Sequence record: NC_028780.1
DNA: 64,000 nucleotides
DNA from: Escherichia phage slur07
Strand: one strand, 5' to 3'
This document shows, piece after piece, positions 33,404 to 41,062 of the stretch. Position 1 is the stretch's first letter. Every line of letters starts with the position of its first letter. Below the pieces are notes generated by a model, which saw only the letters and a program-made list of their open reading frames with translations, was not told the origin of the DNA and made no database searches. The position numbers were made by a program, and so were the translations under genes.

Positions 33404-33652
33404 ATGATTAAACAATTACAACACGCTCTTGAACTGCAACGAAACGCATGGAATAATGGTCACGAAAACTATGGCGCATCTATTGATGTTGAAGCCGAAG
33501 CTCTTGAAATCCTGCGTTATTTCAAACATCTGAATCCTGCTCAAACTGCATTAGCTGCTGAGCTTCAGGAAAAAGATGAACTTAAGTATGCTAAGCCTCT
33601 GGCTTCTGCTGCACGAAAAGCAGTTCGTCACTTTGTGGTAACATTGAAGTAA
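33404..33652 (+). CDS. rIII: RIII lysis-inhibition accessory protein
   Basis: 82 aa matching T4 RIII. Confidence 0.88.
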   Translation: MIKQLQHALELQRNAWNNGHENYGASIDVEAEALEILRYFKHLNPAQTALAAELQEKDELKYAKPLASAARKAVRHFVVTLK

Positions 33653-33940
33653 TTTATTGGAGATTCACTGCCTTAGTGTGAGCTAAATCGAGGAGCCGTC
33701 GAACTGTCTGATTAATGATTCGCAAATCATTATAGTTTTAAGACCCCGGCAGTTTTACGGTGTACCTCTTGAATGTTACTATCATGCGTCAGAAAAGTGT
33801 TATCTGTGTAAGTCTTGGTGGTATGATGACGAGGTTTATGGTTATCCTGTCGGTAAATATTCAAAACCTAAGTACCCCCTTGAGGGCTTGCGCAGGCAAT
33901 GCCAATAAGTCCTGCATTTTCATTTAAAAGAGAATTTATA

Positions 33941-34117
33941 ATGGCAAAACAAGTTAAAGCAAAGAAAGCAGTTGAAAAGAAAGTTGGTGATTCTAAACGC
34001 GCTGGCTACAAGCGTGGGTCGAACTCTCGTATCAATCAAACTGTTGAGAAGATCATGCGCCGAGCACGTGCGGTTCTTCGAGATGATGCTTCTCGTTTTG
34101 GTAAGCAGAAAGCATAA
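33941..34117 (+). CDS. small lysine/arginine-rich basic protein (58 aa)
   Basis: ATG 33941 (MAKQVKAKKAVEKKVGDSKRAGYKRGSNSR...), followed immediately by a strong terminator; the ORF-track start at 33899 is probably too far upstream. Confidence 0.45.
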   Translation: MAKQVKAKKAVEKKVGDSKRAGYKRGSNSRINQTVEKIMRRARAVLRDDASRFGKQKA

Positions 34118-34122
34118 GTTGA

Positions 34123-34147
34123 GGACTCCTTCGGGAGTCCTTTTTTA
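34123..34147 (+). terminator. intrinsic terminator with UUCG tetraloop
   Basis: GGACTCC-TTCG-GGAGTCC followed by TTTTTTATTTT. Confidence 0.7.
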
Positions 34148-34170
34148 TTTTCCAAAGATTGCATAAAGTT

Positions 34171-34204
34171 GTTTACAGTATAGCTCCTTTGTGATAGTAT
34201 TATC
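34171..34204 (+). promoter_or_regulatory. candidate early promoter
   Basis: -35 GTTTACA at 34171-34177 with downstream A/T-rich -10 candidates (TAGTAT/TATTAT). Confidence 0.4.
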
Positions 34205-34227
34205 TTACACAAACAAAGGAGAATAAA

Positions 34228-34560
34228 ATGAAAACGATTAATCTGAACGCTGCAGTTAAAACTAAATGCTTCAATGGTAAATATGATGAAACTATGTGGT
34301 TCTTAATGGCAGTTGAAGGTGATATTATTGAAGTAGAAACAACAGAAGGTATGGGAACAGATTTCACCTTTACAATTCAAGTTCATAATTTCTTTACTGG
34401 TTGGATTTATGAATTGAATACAGTAATCGTTGGAAAAATTGAACAAAATGAATTAGGCGAATGGCATTATGTTACAGCTCGCCAACGTGCAGAACGCTTA
34501 ATTGAGAAGATGAAAAAAGTTGGTAAACTTGACATGCAGCATTGGAAAGTAGTAAAATAA
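34228..34560 (+). CDS. hypothetical protein
   Basis: 110-aa ORF with SD AAGGAG upstream. Confidence 0.55.
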   Translation: MKTINLNAAVKTKCFNGKYDETMWFLMAVEGDIIEVETTEGMGTDFTFTIQVHNFFTGWIYELNTVIVGKIEQNELGEWHYVTARQRAERLIEKMKKVGKLDMQHWKVVK

Positions 34561-34562
34561 TT

Positions 34563-34603
34563 GTTTACTTTGGTACAGGATATGATATTATATACCTGTA
34601 CCG
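34563..34603 (+). promoter_or_regulatory. early promoter embedded in a stem-loop
   Basis: -35 GTTTAC at 34563-34568; 8-bp inverted repeat GGTACAGG (34572-34579) / CCTGTACC (34595-34602) with the A/T-rich -10 candidate TATTAT in the loop. Confidence 0.45.
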
Positions 34604-34627
34604 CAATTAAACATCTTGGAGAATAAA

Positions 34628-34993
34628 ATGAACTACATCAACTTTGAACGTAAATATGTTTCTAATGGTATTGCAGGTTCTATTGATACTATTTGCCTCT
34701 GGAAACATCAAAACGGATCAGTATGCGAAATTGAACAGTATATGACTCCTAACTACGTTTATATGCGATTTGAAAACGGTATCACGGTTTCAATCACGAT
34801 GGAAGGTTCCAACTTCAAAATCGCTCTGGATGATGATTTCCGTCAACGCGATTTAGGGACTCATCCTTGCTGGAATGGTGCTAATCGTAAACTCTTAGTT
34901 AAAACTTGGATTCGTCATATTCTGAGTAACAGAGCTAAACCTGAGCATCTTGAAGCAATCTTTGATGTAGTTCTTAACGAATTTGATATTTAA
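34628..34993 (+). CDS. hypothetical protein
   Basis: ORF with GGAG SD before ATG 34628 (MNYINFERKYVS...). Confidence 0.55.
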   Translation: MNYINFERKYVSNGIAGSIDTICLWKHQNGSVCEIEQYMTPNYVYMRFENGITVSITMEGSNFKIALDDDFRQRDLGTHPCWNGANRKLLVKTWIRHILSNRAKPEHLEAIFDVVLNEFDI

Positions 34994-35033
34994 AATAAAA
35001 TAAAGGGCTTCGGTCCCTATTGAGGAAAATATT

Positions 35034-35321
35034 ATGTTTATGACTACTTATTTTGATACCCGCAAAAATTTCTGTGAAGTTGTTTTCTCAAAGGCACCTA
35101 AAGACCTTCCTGCACATTTGCAACCTACTAGCGAATCGATTAAAAACTACGTTGATGTGGTTTGTCCTTTAGAATTCCGTACAGTAAATGGGCGTGATAC
35201 TTTAGCTATCACTAAACTCAATCGCGAAATTGACATTGACCCTTCAATTGCGCGTGAAATTAACATTTCTGATATTGGCGGCGGTAATGTTAAATCGCAC
35301 GGTTTTCAGATGAGGTTCTAA
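35034..35321 (+). CDS. hypothetical protein
   Basis: 95-aa ORF with SD GAGGA upstream. Confidence 0.5.
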   Translation: MFMTTYFDTRKNFCEVVFSKAPKDLPAHLQPTSESIKNYVDVVCPLEFRTVNGRDTLAITKLNREIDIDPSIAREINISDIGGGNVKSHGFQMRF

Positions 35322-35518
35322 TGAAATTCTTTTTAGGTCAAACTGTTGAATTAAAGGGAGTTGGTATACCTGGATTAATTTCTAAGGTTCTACCTCCATT
35401 TAAATGGAGTGGTATTCAAATAAAAGAGGCTTATATTGTTTCCTGGGTAGATGGAAATGAAGACCTTCGTATGGGTGATGAATTATCTCCTATCTACGGA
35501 TTAAAGGAATTAGTATGA
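35321..35518 (+). CDS. hypothetical protein
   Basis: 65-aa ORF. Confidence 0.45.
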   Translation: MKFFLGQTVELKGVGIPGLISKVLPPFKWSGIQIKEAYIVSWVDGNEDLRMGDELSPIYGLKELV

Positions 35519-35721
35519 ATATAATTAATAAGATTTTTGGAATTCAGTACATTAAGGTCACATATAAAGTAACAGATAAAAATCCGTATACTGATGAACA
35601 CGAAGAACCACAAGTTAAGTCTATTATATTAGAAAAGGACCCTAACTGGCCAGTTGAATTTCGTCTTCCTTGCTATGGTCATTGGGCTGATGTTGAAATT
35701 ATAAGCATTGAAAATGTCTGA
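35515..35721 (+). CDS. hypothetical protein
   Basis: 68-aa ORF. Confidence 0.45.
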   Translation: MNIINKIFGIQYIKVTYKVTDKNPYTDEHEEPQVKSIILEKDPNWPVEFRLPCYGHWADVEIISIENV

Positions 35722-36172
35722 GTTAGAGATTAGAAGTAATTTTAGATGGCCATCATGCGCATTAAGTAATTTTGCCCAATGGCCTTTCGTCATGGATGGT
35801 ATTCAATTCGGAGGTCTCGAAGGATTCCTCCAAGGATGTAAGGTGAAAAACGTTGAACAACAACGTCGTATATTTGGATTATCCGGGCTTGCCGCCCAAC
35901 AAGCTGGAAGGTCTTATGCTAGAGCTCAGGACCATGGGACCCTCTTCTGGCTTGGAGTTCCATTTTCAAGATACTCCCCGGCGTGGAAAGAATTATACAC
36001 AAATGCATATTTTGAAGCAGCGATCCAAAACAAGGGCTTTCGTGATGCATTACAAGCCTCGAAAGGAAAAGTTTTGAAGCACAGCATGGCTAGTGGTCTA
36101 ACAAAAGATGATACAATACTAACCGAAGCTGAATTTATTGATGTGTTAAACCTATTAAGAGACTCTCTATGA
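35708..36172 (+). CDS. NADAR/YbiA-like (DUF1768-type) protein
   Basis: 154 aa; segment ALSNFAQWPFVMDGIQFGGLEGFLQGCK aligns by eye with the E. coli YbiA core FSNFAAWPIKVDGKTWPTSEHYFQAQK; His of the EH pair replaced. Confidence 0.6.
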   Translation: MKMSELEIRSNFRWPSCALSNFAQWPFVMDGIQFGGLEGFLQGCKVKNVEQQRRIFGLSGLAAQQAGRSYARAQDHGTLFWLGVPFSRYSPAWKELYTNAYFEAAIQNKGFRDALQASKGKVLKHSMASGLTKDDTILTEAEFIDVLNLLRDSL

Positions 36173-37005
36173 AGCCTACTATTTTAACTGATATTGATGG
36201 AGTATGTTTAAGCTGGCAATCAGGCCTTCCTTATTTTGCTCAGAAATATAATCTTCCGTTAGAACATATTTTAAAAATGATCCAAGATGAGAAATTTATT
36301 TCTCCTGGTAAACTCTTTAACTGTGATGAAGAACTTGGCGTTAAGCTAATTGAAAAATACAATCGATCAGATTTTATTCGTTACTTGTCTCCATATAAAG
36401 ATGCTCTGTGTGTAATTAACAAATTAAAAGAAGATTATAATTTTGTAGCTGTTACAGCATTGGGTGATTCTATTGACGCTCTGTTGAATCGTCAATTTAA
36501 TTTGAATGCTCTTTTTCCTGGTGCCTTCTCAGAAGTAATGATGTGTGGTCATGATTCTTCAAAAGAAGAGTTGTTCAAAAAGGCAAAAGAGAAATATAAC
36601 GTAATTTGTTATATTGACGATCTCGCTCACCACTGCGATCATGCGAGTGAAATATTACGTGTTCCTGTGTATTGGATGGCTCGAGGAGAGCGTGACAGTA
36701 TTCCAAAAACTGCACAGCGAGTTTATACATGGAATGATGTAGAGAATAAGCTTTTTCCATTGAAGGAAAATAAAGAAAGTTTTGATCGTGAAAAAGCTAT
36801 AAAAGATACAATCGAGAAGATGATTAAAAATGATTCTTTTCGTTGGAACACTACCTGGAGAACTCCTGGATTTAATCCTTATAATCCATATCATCCATAT
36901 CAGACGCATCCGTTTCAGACATGGAACTATATTAAACCCGGTGGTATAGAGTATTTGTATAATAGACCTACTTGTGGTGATAATATTTTCCAAGGAGCAT
37001 TCTAA
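36169..37005 (+). CDS. HAD-superfamily phosphatase-like protein with Pro/aromatic-rich C-terminal tail
   Basis: 278 aa; N-terminal HAD motif I LTDIDGV; C-terminus FNPYNPYHPYQTHPFQTWNY. Confidence 0.6.
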   Translation: MKPTILTDIDGVCLSWQSGLPYFAQKYNLPLEHILKMIQDEKFISPGKLFNCDEELGVKLIEKYNRSDFIRYLSPYKDALCVINKLKEDYNFVAVTALGDSIDALLNRQFNLNALFPGAFSEVMMCGHDSSKEELFKKAKEKYNVICYIDDLAHHCDHASEILRVPVYWMARGERDSIPKTAQRVYTWNDVENKLFPLKENKESFDREKAIKDTIEKMIKNDSFRWNTTWRTPGFNPYNPYHPYQTHPFQTWNYIKPGGIEYLYNRPTCGDNIFQGAF

Positions 37006-37274
37006 TGTTTGTTGTTCACACTATTTATGAAAATGAAGGTAATACTACACGTGATTATGGTCACGTAAATCAATTTTTTAGATGCAATCCAGAATTCCGA
37101 GCTCAAAAAGACGAACGAATTTTTAAAAAATGTGTAGAGCAAGGTTTCATTTACGTCAAGCACTGGATGCAAGGAAATAAAGTTAGAACCACATATCATA
37201 GGTCTTTGACTGAGCTTAATGATGAATTGATTTATAATAGAGCTGTAAACCAAACTCTAAAGGATGAACAATGA
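37005..37274 (+). CDS. hypothetical protein
   Basis: 89-aa ORF between HAD gene and gene 30. Confidence 0.5.
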   Translation: MFVVHTIYENEGNTTRDYGHVNQFFRCNPEFRAQKDERIFKKCVEQGFIYVKHWMQGNKVRTTYHRSLTELNDELIYNRAVNQTLKDEQ

Positions 37275-38734
37275 TTCTTAAAATTCTGAACGAAATAGCA
37301 TCTATTGGTTCAACTAAGCAGAAGCAAGCAATTCTTGAAAAGAATAAAGATAATGAATTGCTTAAACGAGTATATCGTCTGACTTATTCTCGTGGGTTGC
37401 AGTATTATATCAAGAAATGGCCTAAACCTGGTATTGCTACCCAGAGTTTTGGAATGTTGACTCTTACCGATATGCTTGACTTCATTGAATTTACATTAGC
37501 TACTCGGAAATTGACTGGAAATGCGGCAATTGAGGAATTAGTAGGTTATATTACTGACGGTAAAAAAGATGATGTTGAAGTTTTGCGTCGAGTGATGATG
37601 CGAGACCTTGAATGTGGTGCTTCAGTATCTATTGCAAACAAAGTTTGGCCAGGTTTAATTCCTGAACAACCTCAAATGCTCGCAAGTTCTTATGATGAAA
37701 AAGGCATTAGTAAGAATATCAAATTTCCAGCCTTTGCACAATTAAAAGCAGATGGAGCTCGGTGTTTTGCTGAAGTTAGAGGTGATGAATTAGATGATGT
37801 CCGTCTTTTATCACGAGCTGGTAATGAATATCTAGGATTAGATCTTCTTAAGGAAGAGTTAATCAAAATGACCGCTGAAGCCCGCCAGATTCATCCAGAA
37901 GGTGTGTTAATTGATGGCGAATTGGTATACCATGAGCAAGTTAAAAAGGAGCCAGAAGGCCTAGATTTTCTTTTTGATGCTTATCCTGAAATTAGTAAAG
38001 CTAAAGAGTTTGCTGAAGTAGCTGAATCACGTACTACTTCTAATGGAATCGCTAATAAATCTTTAAAGGGAACTATTTCAGAAAAAGAAGCACAATGCAT
38101 GAAGTTTCAGGTCTGGGATTATGTTCCGTTGGTAGAAATATACGGTCTTCCTGCATTTCGTTTGAAATATGATGTACGTTTTTCTAAACTAGAACAAATG
38201 ACATCAGGCTATGATAAAGTAATTTTAATTGAAAACCAGGTAGTAAATAACCTAAATGAAGCTAAGGTAATTTATAAAAAATATATTGACCAAGGTCTTG
38301 AAGGTATTATTCTCAAAAATATCGATGGATTATGGGAAAATGCTCGTTCAAAAAATCTCTATAAATTTAAAGAAGTAATTGATGTTGATTTAAAAATTGT
38401 AGGAATTTATCCTCACCGTAAAGACCCTACTAAAGCGGGTGGATTTATTCTTGAGTCAGAGTGTGGAAAAATTAAAGTAAATGCTGGTTCAGGCTTAAAA
38501 GATAAAGCCGGCGTAAAATCGCATGAACTTGACCGTACTCGCATTATGGAAAACCAAAATTATTATATTGGAAAAATTCTAGAGTGCGAATGCAACGGTT
38601 GGTTAAAATCTGATGGCCGCACTGATTACGTTAAATTATTTCTTCCGATTGCGATTCGTTTGCGTGAAGATAAAACTAAAGCTAATACATTCGAGGATGT
38701 ATTTGGTGATTTTCATGAGGTAACTGGTTTATGA
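37271..38734 (+). CDS. 30: ATP-dependent DNA ligase (gp30)
   Basis: 487 aa, same length as T4 DNA ligase; adenylation motif KADGARC. Confidence 0.95.
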   Translation: MILKILNEIASIGSTKQKQAILEKNKDNELLKRVYRLTYSRGLQYYIKKWPKPGIATQSFGMLTLTDMLDFIEFTLATRKLTGNAAIEELVGYITDGKKDDVEVLRRVMMRDLECGASVSIANKVWPGLIPEQPQMLASSYDEKGISKNIKFPAFAQLKADGARCFAEVRGDELDDVRLLSRAGNEYLGLDLLKEELIKMTAEARQIHPEGVLIDGELVYHEQVKKEPEGLDFLFDAYPEISKAKEFAEVAESRTTSNGIANKSLKGTISEKEAQCMKFQVWDYVPLVEIYGLPAFRLKYDVRFSKLEQMTSGYDKVILIENQVVNNLNEAKVIYKKYIDQGLEGIILKNIDGLWENARSKNLYKFKEVIDVDLKIVGIYPHRKDPTKAGGFILESECGKIKVNAGSGLKDKAGVKSHELDRTRIMENQNYYIGKILECECNGWLKSDGRTDYVKLFLPIAIRLREDKTKANTFEDVFGDFHEVTGL

Positions 38735-38919
38735 AAGCTTACTTAGAAACAATTGTCGTGGCTCAAAAAGAAGGTGGAGATGTTTCTACTTCTGTATCAC
38801 AAATCATGATTGAATTTATAGATGCATATGCTTATAATAAATTCACAGAAACTTTTGATGCTTATGAAAAAGGTCCAAAGTTTGAAATATATCGTACTCT
38901 CTTACCAATAGATTATTAA
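38731..38919 (+). CDS. hypothetical protein
   Basis: 62-aa ORF overlapping gene 30 stop. Confidence 0.45.
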   Translation: MKAYLETIVVAQKEGGDVSTSVSQIMIEFIDAYAYNKFTETFDAYEKGPKFEIYRTLLPIDY

Positions 38920-38928
38920 AGGCCTTCG

Positions 38929-38952
38929 GGCCTTTAATTTTATAAATAGAAT
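38929..38952 (+). terminator. intrinsic terminator with UUCG tetraloop
   Basis: AAGGCC-TTCG-GGCCTT followed by TAATTTT. Confidence 0.55.
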
Positions 38953-38968
38953 AAACACTAGAGAGGAT

Positions 38969-41059
38969 ATGATGGAACTCATTACAGAATTATTTGACGA
39001 AGATACTACTCTTCCGATTACAAACTTAAATCCAAAGAAGAAAATACCACAAATTTTTTCAGTTCATGTTGATGATGCAATTGAACAACCAGGCTTTCGT
39101 TTATGTACCTATACATCTGGAGGTGATACTAATCGCGATTTAAAAATGGGCGATAAAATGATGCATATCGTTCCTTTTACATTAACTGCAAAGGGGTCAA
39201 TTGCTAAATTAAAGGGTCTTGGACCGAGTCCTATTAATTACATCAATTCAGTATTTACCGTAGCAATGCAAACAATGAAACAGTATAAAATTGATGCATG
39301 TATGCTACGCATTCTTAAGTCTAAAACCGCCGGTCAAGCTCGACAAATTCAACTTATTGCTGATAGACTTATCCGTAGTCGTTCAGGTGGCAGATACGTC
39401 CTTCTTAAGGAACTCTGGGATTACGATAAAAAGTATGCATATATTCTTATACATCGTAAAAACGTATCACTAGAAGACATTCCAGGAGTTCCAGAAATTA
39501 GTACTGAACTCTTTACTAAGGTTGAATCGAAGGTCGGTGATGTTTATATCAATAAAGATACTGGAGCCCAAGTAACTAAAAATGAGGCAATTGCAGCATC
39601 AATTGCACAAGAAAATGATAAACGTTCTGACCAAGCCGTAATCGTTAAAGTTAAAATTTCCCGTAGAGCAATTGCGCAAAGTCAATCATTGGAATCTTCT
39701 AGATTTGAAAGTGAATTATTCCAGAAGTATGAATCTACCGCAGCTAATTTCAATAAACCTGCTACCGCTCCTTTAATTCCCGAAGCAGAAGAAATGAAGC
39801 TTGGAATTAATTCATTAGCTTCTAAAACTAAGGCAGCAAAAATTATTGCTGAAGGAACTGCAGATGAACTTCATTATGACTATAAATTCTTTTCAAAAAG
39901 TGAGGTTAATGAAGTTTCTGAAAAAATTAAAGATGTAATTCTTAATGCGATTAAAAATGAACCAACTACTTCAATAAAATGTTTAGAGAAATACGCAGCA
40001 GCTGTTAATCAACTCTTTGAAGAATATAAAGATAATTGGCTTGATAAACATAATAAAACTCGTAAAGGGCAGCCAGATGAAGTCTGGGAAGAAATAACTA
40101 AAAATGCCTGGAATGCAGCAAAAACTAAATTCCTCAAAAGAATGATTTATAGTTTTTCTGGAATTGGTGCAGGTCCAATGATTGATATTACTATTGCCCG
40201 TGATGGTTCTAAATATACTCCATCACAAAAGCGCGGCATTAGAGAGTATTGTGGTTCAGGATATACTGACATCAATAATCTTCTTTTAGGTCGTTACAAT
40301 CCAGAACGATATGATGTAATGAGTGAAAAAGAAATTGAATCTGCTATAAATAATTTAGATTCAGCTTTTGAAAATGGTGACCGCATACCGGAAGGCATTA
40401 CAGTTTATCGTGCTCAAAGTATGACTGCTCCTATATACGAAGCGCTAGTTAAAAATAAAGTGTTCTATTTCAGAAATTTTGTATCTACTTCTTTAACTCC
40501 TATCATTTTTGGGCGTTTTGGAATTACACATGCTGGTATTGGTCTTTTAGAACCAGAAGCTCGTAATGAATTGACAGTTGATAAAAATGAAGAAGGAATA
40601 ACTATTAATCCAAACGAAATAAGAGCGTATAAAGAAAATCCTGAATACGTTAAAGTTCAAATAGGATGGGCAATTGATGGAGCTCATAAAGTTAATGTTG
40701 TATATCCAGGAAGTCTAGGAATAGCAACAGAAGCTGAAGTTATTCTACCGCGTGGATTGATGGTCAAAGTTAATAAAATAACTGATGCTTCTAATAATGA
40801 CGGAACCACGTCTAATAATACAAAACTCATTCAAGCTGAAGTTATGACCACCGAAGAACTCACCGAATCGGTAATCTATGACGGAGACCGTTTAATGGAA
40901 ACCGGCGAAGTAGTTGCAATGACAGGTGATATAGAAGATAGAGTTGACTTTGCATCATTTGTTTCATCAAATGTTAAACAGAAAGTAGAATCATCTCTTG
41001 GAATTATTGCGTCTTGCATAGATATTACAAACATGCCTTACAAGTTCGTTCAAGGATAA
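38969..41059 (+). CDS. alt: Alt ADP-ribosyltransferase (injected, modifies host RNA polymerase)
   Basis: 696 aa; N-terminus MELITELFDEDTTLPITNL matches T4 Alt; catalytic motifs YRAQS (Arg), FVSTS (STS), TEAEVILPRG (E-x-E). Confidence 0.9.
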   Translation: MMELITELFDEDTTLPITNLNPKKKIPQIFSVHVDDAIEQPGFRLCTYTSGGDTNRDLKMGDKMMHIVPFTLTAKGSIAKLKGLGPSPINYINSVFTVAMQTMKQYKIDACMLRILKSKTAGQARQIQLIADRLIRSRSGGRYVLLKELWDYDKKYAYILIHRKNVSLEDIPGVPEISTELFTKVESKVGDVYINKDTGAQVTKNEAIAASIAQENDKRSDQAVIVKVKISRRAIAQSQSLESSRFESELFQKYESTAANFNKPATAPLIPEAEEMKLGINSLASKTKAAKIIAEGTADELHYDYKFFSKSEVNEVSEKIKDVILNAIKNEPTTSIKCLEKYAAAVNQLFEEYKDNWLDKHNKTRKGQPDEVWEEITKNAWNAAKTKFLKRMIYSFSGIGAGPMIDITIARDGSKYTPSQKRGIREYCGSGYTDINNLLLGRYNPERYDVMSEKEIESAINNLDSAFENGDRIPEGITVYRAQSMTAPIYEALVKNKVFYFRNFVSTSLTPIIFGRFGITHAGIGLLEPEARNELTVDKNEEGITINPNEIRAYKENPEYVKVQIGWAIDGAHKVNVVYPGSLGIATEAEVILPRGLMVKVNKITDASNNDGTTSNNTKLIQAEVMTTEELTESVIYDGDRLMETGEVVAMTGDIEDRVDFASFVSSNVKQKVESSLGIIASCIDITNMPYKFVQG

Positions 41060-41062
41060 ATC

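Noticed and set aside
35853-36077. 74-aa ORF in an alternative frame inside the NADAR-like gene
   Set aside because: Fully embedded in a better-supported ORF with a recognisable domain; no independent start signals.
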